A program made the position numbers and the translations under genes. The notes under the pieces are model-generated. The model was not told the origin of the DNA. It was given only the letters and a program-made list of their open reading frames with translations, and did no database searches. Of a stretch of 42,791 nucleotides of DNA, positions 19,508-30,783 are shown in pieces. Source of the stretch: Octopus bimaculoides (Eukaryota); NCBI RefSeq assembly GCF_001194135.2, contig NC_068985.1, positions 36,643,239-36,686,029 on the forward strand. The letters run 5' to 3'. The stretch's first letter is position 1; every line of letters begins with the position of its first letter.

Positions 19508-22500
19508 AATTAGAAATAACGAATTTCTAAATCTCTCAGAGAGACTTAAGCAGTAGTGATGCGATAAAGGTTGTTTCTCATTTAATGCAGATGATTCAAT
19601 ATATATCTTTCTGTAATTGCAGATATTTGAATGTAATTGGTATATTCAGGAATTTAGGGACGATTAGAAATTATGGATTTATGAATTTATTTCCTTGCTG
19701 AAAAATTATTGAACGTTTTGAAACAACTTTCTGAATTCAACTTTGATTTGGTAAAAAATATATTCACTGTTGTGACAAATGGAACAAGTGTCATGGTTAC
19801 ATTTTGCCAGTATCAATTGTGTTATGTATATGAACTTCATTCAGTTGTTTGTGATGATTTCTTTACAGTAAAACCGTGTCAAAATCTGAAATTAGCTTAA
19901 TTATGTTTCTTGAAATGACGATAACGAGTACCTTTGAGGATAATGATTAAAATACAGATTCTACGGTTACGAATTTGGTTAAGAGTTACATCAATGTACA
20001 ACAAACTGAGCTTAGTGTAGACTTTGGCTGAAGGAAATTAAGGATTGACAATCTCATTAAAAACTGAAGACAATTGCCAGGTCATTTCGTAGGTTTCTAT
20101 TTTAAAAGAAGTGAAATACTTCAGAAATTTGTTAAAGAAGAGCATATTCATGAATTGTAATTAATTAATGATATTGTGCTGGAATGGTTCATCTGAAATG
20201 TTATTGTAATTTTTTGTTTCTTAAAAGATGTATTGAAAAAATTATGTTCGCTCGACTTTTCAAACAATAAATTTAACGCTGTTGGCACCGCGGTTGCATC
20301 GTCAAGGGAACTAATTAAAATTAAAGTTGAATAACTAAGTTGAAGAGCAACAACTTTGATCTCTGAAAAAGGCATATTTGTTTTCCTTTTAGAAAAAGTA
20401 ATTCGAGAAAATAATCCAATGTTCTTCTTGCTAAAAGAATGTGTCAAGAAAAATTCGAACAGCAAAGGAACAAAAATCTGATTGGATTCGTGAAGTATCG
20501 TTATTTGAAAAAAAAAAAAAAAATCCTTCTAACTTAGGATGTATTTGCTTCATTCTAATTTTGCCATCATAANNNNNNNNNNNNNNNNNNNNNNNNNNNN
20601 NNNNNNNNNNNNNNNNNNNNNNNNNNNNNNNNNNNNNNNNNNNNNNNNNNNNNNNNNNNNNNNNNNNNNNNNNNNNNNNNNAAAAAAAAAAAAAAAAATC
20701 CTTCTAACTTAGGATGTATTTGCTTCATTCTAATTTTGCCATCATAAGCTTGCCTGTAAAATATTTTCAAGCAAATATATGAAAGAATATGTATCCCTCT
20801 TTTAGAAAAAATTGCTTATTTCCCACATCGAAACTGAACCCATGATCTGAAGGATTTACTTTACAAAAAAGAAAAAAAAAAAGAAAAGAAAAGAAAAAAG
20901 AAAAGACCTCAGTACTGAGATTAACTCCAAGGTGAGTGCTGACTTTAATGCATACGTGAAACTTCTGACATAGCTGTTCTTTGCATAGACCATCTCTTGA
21001 AATATATGAATCAAATCATATCTTGTGCCAAAGGGGATGACTTCATTTTATAAACTTGTTTTAATTCTTGAACAATTAAGTGTTGCTCTTTATATCAAAA
21101 AGATATTAGTGCAAAAATTAGAATTCATATATTGAGGCATACATTTTATCGATGTTTTATAGAAACGAGACATACAGGCGAAACAACTCTTTTATTACTA
21201 ATTTTTCTACATGTGAAAAAGAGCGGGTGTTTAGGTTTTGTTTATGAATATCTTTATAATTAGCCACATAAGCAAAAGCATTTCAAACTTCTATACTGTT
21301 ATAAACTTTAGTGAGGGAACATCTGGAAAATGATACTTTTATTGGATCATTTAGAAATTAAATTATCAGCAAAATATAGCATCAGACATTGAGCCACTTC
21401 TTTATGGAGGGGTTGCAGTAATCTCTTTTGTGGTGGGCTTGCCATGCATTATACATTAACATTTGGCATGAATATCCACTCTTTTGATGATATTGGTCCA
21501 AAAGGGAGTGATCTAAGAAGAATACACGTATTATATGAGGTTCTGCAAAGATATTTAGGTTCCTCAGTGGTGGTAATAAGAAGCTGTTTCAGAAGATCTG
21601 GTGTATCAGCAACGACTGTTGCATCTAATGTCTCATTGGAACAGCTTATTTTTGATTACATGCCATTGAAACTTTCTTTCAGAAGTATTATAATGTCCAA
21701 GATCAAGGCTGAAAATACTCCATTTTTATTGCTCACGTATATATGACCAAGATCTCATCACTCGCTGCTTGTCACGATTTTGAGATTTCTGTCTTTCCTG
21801 GCACTGTTGCGAGTTCTTTGGTGTCTACGAGCAGTCTGTATGTTTCAAGTTGTATGTATGCAGCTAATCCTGTTGCACTCTGTTCAAGTTGTCTTTTTGT
21901 AGCCTCTCTAATTTCCTGTCTTTGTTAGTCTGAAATATTTTGTGAGCAGCATTTCTGGTATCTATTTCCGCTGCCTTTAGACTACAATTGCGTTCGTTAG
22001 CGGAGGATGTTATGAGCGTGGGACATTTTTATCGTGGTATTTTTGACGAAAAATCATCAGTATCCCACCCTACCCCACCCCAAACAGACAGTTATATGTT
22101 TAATAGAAATTACAGAAGTATGATTTTGAAGAGAGATGCAATTGCAAAGTGATGCAAATGATTTGCGAAATGAACGATGAGTATTTGATTTAAATGGCAG
22201 TAGATATGGAAACATAACCAAAGAGGTTAATTAGGAATTGGAAAGAAGCAACTGAAAGACAAAGAATGCAAGAATAGCGGATGCATGAAATTAACAGAAC
22301 ATGTAACATGTTTTATCAGTCAGTGTGTGTATGAATGATGCTTCGAAAAGAAACATCTCTATTTTAAAGCAGGCTGCATCTCTGATTCCAACTCTGACTC
22401 CCGACTTAGATTGTTGCCTGCTCAGGCATGTGCGTGTAAGAAAAGGGATATATCTTTCTTTTTACCCTTTTTCTAATGCGTGCTATTCTTTTGTTTTAGA

Positions 22501-22639
22501 AATCATGATTAAACTAAAATTTTGACTATGAAGTTCGCGCACTTTAGCAGATCCTTCATGAAAAGTGGCATGTGGACCAATTTGTAGTTGCCTGAACATT
22601 GCGATTTCGAAAAAGATGACCTTACATATAATTAGAGGA

Positions 22640-22930
22640 GATTCTTGCTGCTATTTCTAACAGGCTCCTTCTATTTACTGGTATGTTATTGTTGTTGTTG
22701 ATTAAGCTCAGGTCAACCTGATAAAACTGAATATGATCAAAGATGTGCCGTCCGAGTTAAACATTGGAATCTGAGGATGTGAACAAGACGTAGGATATAT
22801 ACAAATTTGATGTGTTGGCAGCTTACAGTCTTATAGAAGACTAATTATTATTAGAAGGTAATAATTGTTTCTAATATAGGCACGAACCTATAATTTGGGG
22901 AGGGGTTAATTGATTAAATCAACGCTAGGA
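22640..22930. repeat. Fragments of S4 and the 3' end of S1
   Basis: TGCTGCTATTTCTAACAGG, GCTCAGGTCAACCTGAT and TTCTAATATAGGCAC..TTTGGGGAGGGG..GATTAAATCAAC motifs. Confidence 0.5.
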
Positions 22931-22939
22931 TGGATAGAG

Positions 22940-23220
22940 ATATTTGGAACGTGAAAGATGAAATAAATGATAAGACAGGGAGAGAAAATGGGTTTAGGGG
23001 GGAACTTAATAGCATCAACTTGGGAGCAAGTGTGAAGCGGATGAATAGGGGAAAGAAATAGAAAGAGAAGAAGAGATGTACTGATTGTATTAGAAGAGTA
23101 AAGATAACAGATACGCATAAAAGACAGAATAAAAGAGGAATATAAAAGAAAGAGGAAGTATGTGTGCAAGAGAAAGCGTAGAAGAAAGCGAGAGAAAAGC
23201 GACGTAAGAGAAGATGATGG

Positions 23221-23258
<38 letters not shown>

Positions 23259-23720
23259 AGAAGGAGAAAGGGAGAAAGAGAGAGAGAGAAGATAAAATAA
23301 GGAGAGTGAAATTGATAAAGAACGAAGAGATATGTAAGAAGAATGAGAGGAAGTTGAATGAAAATAGAAATGAGTTTTAAGGCATTAGAGAAACAGGAGT
23401 CAGGAAAGATGGCGATCAAGAGAAGGTAGGAACAAAAGACGCAGGTAGGAAAGAGGAAGTAAGAGGTGTTAATAGTATTAGGGTTGCAAAAAAGATAACG
23501 AATATAAAGATTCACCAAACAGGGGGAAAAGGAGATAGCAAAAGAACAAAAAACAAAAAAAATGAAAACCCACTCAAAAATGTAGAATGGAAAGAGAGGG
23601 AGAGTCAGAGGAGGTGGAAGTAAGAAGTTGTAGTACTATGAGAGAGGAGAGAGAGAAAGAGAGAAAGAGCGAGAGAGAAAGCGAGAGAAAGAGCGAGAGA
23701 GAAAGCGAGAGAGAGAGAGT
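22940..23720 (+). repeat. Purine-rich (GA/GAA) low-complexity tract
   Basis: About 780 bp that is strongly A/G-biased, with (GA)n and GAGAGAAAGC units. Confidence 0.85.
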
Positions 23721-24899
23721 GTGTATGTCTGTGTGTGAGTGCGTTTGTGGCAGTGTTAGAACCTAAAACCATTGCAAAGCTCTAAAAATCAAACAATAAA
23801 TGAAAGTGGAGACAACGGCCGAAGTGGTAGAAACTCCGGTGAGAAACAGGAAAAGGTAAAGAAGTATAAGTAAGGGATTCAGCACTGTAGCGGCAGCGGA
23901 GAATTGGTGATAGGTACGTAAAGAAAAACAAATGAGAGATGTAATAGTGATGTAGATTCGAAGAGATAACTTAAACATTACAGAGAGACACAAATATACA
24001 AAATTTCTCTGAAAAATAGATGTACACGCGGACATACACATACATAATATATATATGTGTATATATGTATATACATACATATATANNNNNNNNNNNNNNN
24101 NNNNNNNNNNNNNNNNNNNNNNNNNNNNNNNNNNNNNNNNNNNNNNNNNNNNNNNNNNNNNNNNNNNNNNNNNNNNNNNNNNNNNNNNNNNNNNNNNNNN
24201 NNNNNNNNNNNNNNNNNNNNNNNNNNNNNNNNNNNNNNNNNNNNNNNNNNNNNNNNNNNNNNNNNNNNNNNNNNNNNNNNNNNNNNNNNNNNNNNNNNNN
24301 NNNNNNNNNNNNNNNNNNNNNNNNNNNNNNNNNNNNNNNNNNNNNNNNNNNNNNNNNNNNNNNNNNNNNNNNNNNNNNNNNNNNNNNNNNNNNNNNNNNN
24401 NNNNNNNNNNNNNNNNNNNNNNNNNNNNNNNNNNNNNNNNNNNNNNNNNNNNNNNNNNNNNNNNNNNNNNNNNNNNNNNNNNNNNNNNNNNNNNNNNNNN
24501 NNNNNNNNNNNNNNNNNNNNNNNNNNNNNNNNNNNNNNNNNNNNNNNNNNNNNNNNNNNNNNNNNNNNNNNNNNNNNNNNNNNNNNNNNNNNNNNNNNNN
24601 NNNNNNNNNNNNNNNNNNNNNNNNNNNNNNNNNNNNNNNNNNNNNNNNNNNNNNNNNNNNNNNNNNNNNNNNNNNNNNNNNNNNNNNNNNNNNNNNNNNN
24701 NNNNNNNNNNNNNNNNNNNNNNNNNNNNNNNNNNNNNNNNNNNNNNNNNNNNNNNNNNNNNNNNNNNNNNNNNNNNNNNNNNNNNNNNNNNNNNNNNNNN
24801 NNNNNNTACATATATACATATATGTATTAGTAGACATATATGCATATACATATATTATTATACATGCACATACACACACGCACACACACGCTGTCTCTC

Positions 24900-24948
<49 letters not shown>

Positions 24949-25440
24949 TAAACAAGGAAGGCTCTTTTGCTTTGTTGAAATGTGAAATGTGTGAGCAAGA
25001 ATGAAATCAATTACAAAAAAATAAATAAATAAATAACGAAAAAAAGCCCAGGATACTAATACTTGCAAACATACGATGCTAGATCTTCAACTATTTACGG
25101 ATGATTTAATTGAATGAACTCATATCTTAAGTTTAGAAAGCTAGGTTATGTATGTATGTATGTCTCTTGCCAGTTGCTGACTTGAAGAAAAATTAAAATA
25201 AAAACTTAGTGTTTTATAGTATATTATGCGCCTGCCAAACTACCACGTTTGAATAAACTATATTTACTATTCTGTAGAAGTAATATATCACCCGTACATG
25301 CCATATCCAAGCAAATGTCCATCTGAATTCTGAATTGCATGCATTACTGTTAAAGATAGCCATTAATACAAGTATGTGAAGAAAGACCCAATTATGAAAA
25401 CAACTAGTCTTTTTCTGTAATGCACTCATACATATAATCG

Positions 25441-26090
25441 TACGTACATACATACATACATACATACATACATACATACATACGTACGTACGTACATACG
25501 TACGTACATACATACATACATACATACATACATACATGTATACGTGCGTACATACATACGTACGTACGTGCATACACACATATATATATATATATATACA
25601 TANNNNNNNNNNNNNNNNNNNNNNNNNNNNNNNNNNNNNNNNNNNNNNNNNNNNNNNNNNNNNNNNNNNNNNNNNNNNNNNNNNNNNNNNNNNNNNNNNN
25701 NNNNNNNNNNNNNNNNNNNNNNNNNNNNNNNNNNNNNNNNNNNNNNNNNNNNNNNNNNNNNNNNNNNNNNNNNNNNNNNNNNNNNNNNNNNNNNNNNNNN
25801 NNNNNNNNNNNNNNNNNNNNNNNNNNNNNNNNNNNNNNNNNNNNNNNNNNNNNNNNNNNNNNNNNNNNNNNNNNNNNNNNNNNNNNNNNNNNNNNNNNNN
25901 NNNNNNNNNNNNNNNNNNNNNNNNNNNNNNNNNNNNNNNNNNNNNNNNNNNNNNNNNNNNNNNNNNNNNNNNNNNNNNNNNNNNNNNNNGTATGTATGTA
26001 TGTATGTATGTATGTATGTATGTATGTATGTACGTACGTACGCACGTACGTATGTATGTATGTATGTATGTATGTATGCATGTATGTGTG
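25441..26090. repeat. (TACA)n/(TACG)n and complementary (TATG)n microsatellites around a gap
   Basis: Direct reading. Confidence 0.9.
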
Positions 26091-26519
26091 CGTGTGTGTT
26101 GTAAACAAAAACATTGATCATGAATTCGCACATATACACATACGTACGCACACACACGTACATACTCAAATACATTTCACATGTACAATTAACTATTAAA
26201 GTTTTCACAAATCTTAACACCTTTTTTATTTTGCTTCATCGTTTTCTTTTGCAGATTTAATATATATAATAAAAAAAAAACGCACAACAAATACCAGAAC
26301 ATTTATTAGGAAATTTCCCCACAGGGAAATTAGTCGATAAATGACAGTGATGTTAGTGTGATGGTGGTAGAGGAATATTATTTTTCGCATAAAACCATCT
26401 CCTCTAATTAACTGTACTCGATAGATTGAGTGAATTGACACCTCTCATCCGCAGTAACTTCATACTTTTGCAAAACAAGAGCCATAACAAAAATAACAGC
26501 AACTCTGGTTCATTTGTTT

Positions 26520-27570
26520 ATTATTGTAAGCAAAATACCAAAGTTAAACATCTACGTATCAATGAATTACTGTTTGCAGACGATTGTATATTACTTGTGC
26601 CAGATGAGTTCAACATGCAAGTATGCAGGGATCAGTTCTCAAAGTCTTGCAGTAACTTTGGCCTTACTATCAGCACTACAAAAACAAGTACTGCATCAAT
26701 GTCACAGGGAATAAAAGTGGGAATGAGCTATAAAAAAGTAAAGGTTCTTCAAAATCTTGCACTGTCCTTAAATACCTGCATCGATGCTGAAGTATCATCA
26801 CCTATCGGTAAGTGCAAGGAATGTACTGGTTTTGGAAGACTGCAGCATAGATTGTGTGGCACCTAAGGCCGTCTTAGCAGTATTATAAATCCCTACCCAT
26901 CCTACCATGACTAACCTATACACTGGACCCAATAATTTTTATTTATTGACAATAAACCTCAGGATACACAGATCAGAATTGGGCCCCTAGACCTGTGAGA
27001 CCTCTTCTTCGGGCAAATCAGTGTACTGGGCCCTATACTATTTATTGATAGTAAACCACAACATACATAAATCCGAATTGGGCCTCTAGACCCATGAGGT
27101 CCCCGAAAAGAACCCAGTGTTCTCATGTTTTAAGACGGCTCTGGTGGCAACCGAATATATGCTGAGCTTCCAAAATCAAAATCTACAATTCTCTAATCTT
27201 ACCAGCTCCCCTCTCTGGTTCAGAAACTTGGACAGTGTACCAGTGCCATGTGAAAAGTTTAATTATTCTCACATATCCTGTAAAAGGAAGATTCTAAACA
27301 AAGTGGCTGGATTAAATTCTCAATTCAGAGATTCTCAGAAGGTTCTCAGTTTGTTTGTTAAGCTCAAGTTAATCCAGTTGTGTTTGGCTGGACATTCCAG
27401 AATGCTCGACTGTTACTGTCTATTCTGAGCTCGCAAAAAGGAGACACAATGTTGGTGGTACACCACATGAATATTCAAAGATGCACTGAAAGCAACCTGA
27501 AAAAACCGTAGGATAAACCCAAACTCACGGGAAGATCATGCTCGGGACAGGGCTGCACAGGAGTCGAGCA
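26520..27570 (+). mobile_element. RTE (BovB-like) LINE 3' relic, interrupted by a hAT MITE
   Basis: LRINELLFADDC..QFSKSCSNFGLTISTTKT..IDAEVSS..GFGRL. After the MITE: KIKIYNSLILP..SETWTVYQ; LAGH.RM; FKDALKA..INPNS.EDHARDRAA. Confidence 0.88.
26864..27143. mobile_element. Non-autonomous hAT MITE, 280 bp, with 8-bp TSD
   Basis: TIRs TAAGGCCGTCTTA and TAAGACGGCTCTG. TSD GTGGCACC / GTGGCAAC (7/8). Internal ~85-bp diverged tandem duplication. Confidence 0.88.
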
Positions 27571-27817
27571 CCAGGAGTCTCAAATGCTTTTGAATTTTTA
27601 TGAATCTCAATAGCAGACACTAGAAGGCTACTCAAAAATCAGTTATAGACAACTTTGGTATAAATAAACATCAGTGTGCGCACTGTGACAAATACTTCTC
27701 TACTAGAATACCCATTCCCAGTTACCGAAGAACACATAAATGAGTAATACGCTTCGGGTTTCTTTTTTTCTTTCTTCTCGTAGATCATCGTCAAATGAAG
27801 ATAAGGGACAAACTATC

Positions 27818-27820
<3 letters not shown>

Positions 27821-27890
<70 letters not shown>

Positions 27891-28150
27891 ATATCTCTAG
27901 AGTTAATACATAATACGTCATGCAGTATAGATCTTTACTGAAAGCGCAATTATCCACAGTGACTGACCGTTTTCATCTCTGTTGGGAATCTTCGGGCTGT
28001 GAGGACTGCAAGACGGAAGTTATTTATAATTATTTAGATCGGAGTTAAGTAGGTGTGTGCATGTATGTATGTATGTATGTATGTATGTATGTATGTATGT
28101 ATGTATGTATGTATGTATGTATGTATGTGTGTGTTTGTGTGTGTATATAT
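27821..28150. repeat. (CA)n at 27821-27888 and (TGTA)n at ~28058-28150
   Basis: Direct reading. Confidence 0.9.
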
Positions 28151-28544
28151 GTGTGTGGTCTGCGTATTTTGTTTAAAATTGTTGTTTTATTAGTAAGTAA
28201 AACATTTGTGTATGAATTGGTATGTTTTCTTCTTATGTGTGTGTGAGTGATGTAAGTTAATTTAAGAGAGGATTCGGGGGTATTTGATAACTGCAGGAGG
28301 TTATATCATTTTAAGAATTATCACAAACACTAAAAAAAAAAAAAACCCAAGAAATTAACGAACCAAACACATCAACGAAACAATGGAGTGAAAGATCATA
28401 ACAGCTAAAACATAAAAAGTGACGAAACCCTAAAATTTTGGTTGAAATATTTTACAAGAACATTGGAACAACACATGACTGACTTAATAAAGAGAAAAGT
28501 ATCACAATTCTATAAGCAAAGAAACCATAAAAATTACAGACTCC

Positions 28545-28857
28545 TTATCTTCTGGCACTCCGTCGGTTACAGCGACGAGGGTTCCAGTTGATCTGATAAA
28601 CGGAACAACCTGTGCATGAAATTAACGTGCAAGTGGCTGAGAACTTCACAGACACTCGTACTCTTAACGTAGTTCTTAGAGACGTTCAGTATGACACAAT
28701 ATGACAAGGCTGGCCTTGTCTACTCATTTTTGCCAGCTGAATGGACTGGAGCAACGTGGAATAAAGTGTCTTGATCAAGGACACAACGTACCGCCTGGAA
28801 TCGAACTTATGACCTAACGATCGTGAGTCGAATACCCTAACTACTAAGCCACGCGCG
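28545..28857 (-). mobile_element. tRNA-derived SINE S3, near full length
   Basis: Minus-strand head GCGTGGCTTAGTAGTTAGGGTATTCGACTCACGATCGTTAGGTCATAAGTTCGATTCC (A and B boxes), followed by GTTGTGTCCTTGATCAAGACAC. Confidence 0.88.
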
Positions 28858-28898
28858 TTGACTAACCTGTCTTACGTCACATTACAAAGCTTTAACTT

Positions 28899-29562
28899 GT
28901 GACGGGAATGCTACATTTGCCAAGACAAAATCCATCACCACTGGATATAGCAAAACAGTGATTGAAAAACTACTGACGTTGCAATTAACCAACTAGCTGA
29001 ATAAAGATTCGTTATGTGCAACAGAAGCACTATCAGATTAGAGTGACAGTCTTTGTATCATACTTAAAGCAATACATCACACAAAACTTGATTGACGGTG
29101 GTATTCGGGAGGAAATAATATCTCTCATGGATTTATCCTCTACTTATCGTAGAGGATAAATAAGCAGCTGATAAAATGATTCGTTTTTAGATTAGCAGAA
29201 TAAATACTGCAACGACACATATCTGCAAAGATCAGTTTACTGATCAATATAATCGAAAACTGTACGAATTAAGCATAACAGGTATTGAGTACAAGAAAGC
29301 TTGTTCGAAATTCTATTAACACAGTGCATCCATGTGAGATATTATCTCCTCACGTATACCACCATCAATCAATCTTTGTGTGATGTATTTGCTTTAAGTA
29401 TGATACAAAGACTGTCACTCTAATCTAATAGTGCTTCTGTTGCACATAACGAATCTTTATTCAGTTAGTTGGTTAATTGCAACGTCAGTAGTTTTTCAGT
29501 CACTGTTTTGCTATATCCAGTGGTGATGGATTTTGTCTTGGCAAATGTAGCATTCCTGTCAC
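28899..29562. repeat. Long inverted repeat: 234/235-bp arms, 195-bp spacer
   Basis: 28899-29132 versus the reverse complement of 29328-29562 differs by about 11 substitutions and 2 indels (manual count). Confidence 0.95.
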
Positions 29563-29609
29563 CACCGCTGGATGATTTCCCTTTGTTACTTATACACTTT
29601 TTGTGTCAT

Positions 29610-29730
29610 TTAACACAGTACGTCCACAAGAGATACTATCTCCGGATGAACACCACAGTTAATTAAACTTTCTGTGATGAATTTGCATTAAGTATGACAC
29701 AGAGATTGTTATTCTAATCTAATACTGCTA
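29610..29730 (+). repeat. Third, more diverged partial copy of the inverted-repeat arm
   Basis: TTAACACAGT..TCCA..GAGATA.TATCTCC..TGTGATG.ATTTGC.TTAAGTATGA.ACA.AGA.TGT.A.TCTAATCTAATA.TGCT aligns to 29317-29440. Confidence 0.8.
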
Positions 29731-29734
29731 CATA

Positions 29735-29780
<46 letters not shown>

Positions 29781-30064
29781 GCATACATACACATACATCA
29801 TACACATACACACAACACAAACACACATACACACACACACAGATATTAATTATCAAATATACAAATATACATATGTATTTGAGTATGTGTACCTGTGTGT
29901 ATGTGAGCGCGTTTGTGTGTGCATGTGCGTACATATCGACATACACTTATGCAAATTCATAAACGTATCCTTTATGTAAAGTTATATAGCTTCCCATTTA
30001 TATACACATGTATTTGTGTCTGTTTATGCGCGTGTGTGTGAGCGTGTATATGTGTGCATGTGTG

Positions 30065-30114
<50 letters not shown>

Positions 30115-30499
30115 NNNNNNNNNNNNNNNNNNNNNNNNNNNNNNNNNNNNNNNNNNNNNNNNNNNNNNNNNNNNNNNNNNNNNNNNNNNNNNNNNNNNNN
30201 NNNNNNNNNNNNNNNNNNNNNNNNNNNNNNNNNNNNNNNNNNNNNNNNNNNNNNNNNNNNNNNNNNNNNNNNNNNNNNNNNNNNNNNNNNNNNNNNNNNN
30301 NNNNNNNNNNNNNNNNNNNNNNNNNNNNNNNNNNNNNNNNNNNNNNNNNNNNNNNNNNNNNNNNNNNNNNNNNNNNNNNNNNNNNNNNNNNNNNNNNNNN
30401 NNNNNNNNNNNNNNNNNNNNNNNNNNNNNNNNNNNNNNNNNNNNNNNNNNNNNNNGCTTTTCTTATCTCACTCATTCCGGAAACTTTCTTGTCATTCCA

Positions 30500-30621
30500 A
30501 GGCAAGAAGTCCTCCTTGAATAGAATTTATGGATGGAATAAAATCAAGACATCGTGAAGGAAAAGGGGGTCTTCTGTAAATTTAAATGACCCCCTACCCC
30601 TCATACAGAACACTGGTTGAA

Positions 30622-30706
<85 letters not shown>

Positions 30707-30708
30707 TG

Positions 30709-30783
<75 letters not shown>
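30500..30783 (+). repeat. (ATG)n(ATA)n microsatellite at 30622-30783, possibly the tail of a short LINE 3' fragment
   Basis: The repeat is read directly. The LINE-tail interpretation of 30500-30621 is weak. Confidence 0.6.

Larger units (their letters stand above)
18770..20500 (+). mobile_element. Heavily decayed hAT (ZBED/Ac-like) transposase relic, interrupted by two hammerhead-bearing inserts
   Basis: RYLNVIGIFRNLGTIR; LSEFNFDLVKNIFTVVTNGTSVMV..QLCYVYELHSVVCD (cf. TDGASVM..QLCxAHGxxLAVxD); ILQKFVKEEH..EL.LI; FSNNKFNAVGTAVAS..LIKIKVE..RATTLISE. The left boundary is uncertain. Confidence 0.7.

Noticed and set aside
18804-19569. Two pairs of direct repeats with intervening sequence read as a CRISPR-like array or as LTRs
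   Set aside because: The repeat pairs differ from each other, the intervening parts are 226-290 bp, the context is eukaryotic, there are no TG..CA ends or PBS, and the repeats appear to be part of the host hAT relic.
20508-20747. Identical ~65-bp sequence on both sides of the gap at 20573-20681, resembling another long target duplication
   Set aside because: It abuts an N gap and starts at a poly-A run, which is typical of an unmerged contig overlap. It cannot be evaluated without reads.
23798-23856. Possible first coding exon MKVETTAEVVETPVRNRK followed by GTAAAG
   Set aside because: There is no promoter evidence, the peptide is unrecognised, and it sits at the edge of purine-rich low-complexity DNA where such reads are common.
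13503-28857. A-box/B-box tRNA-like sequences as tRNA genes
   Set aside because: They are heads of multi-copy SINEs, and I could not build a complete cloverleaf.
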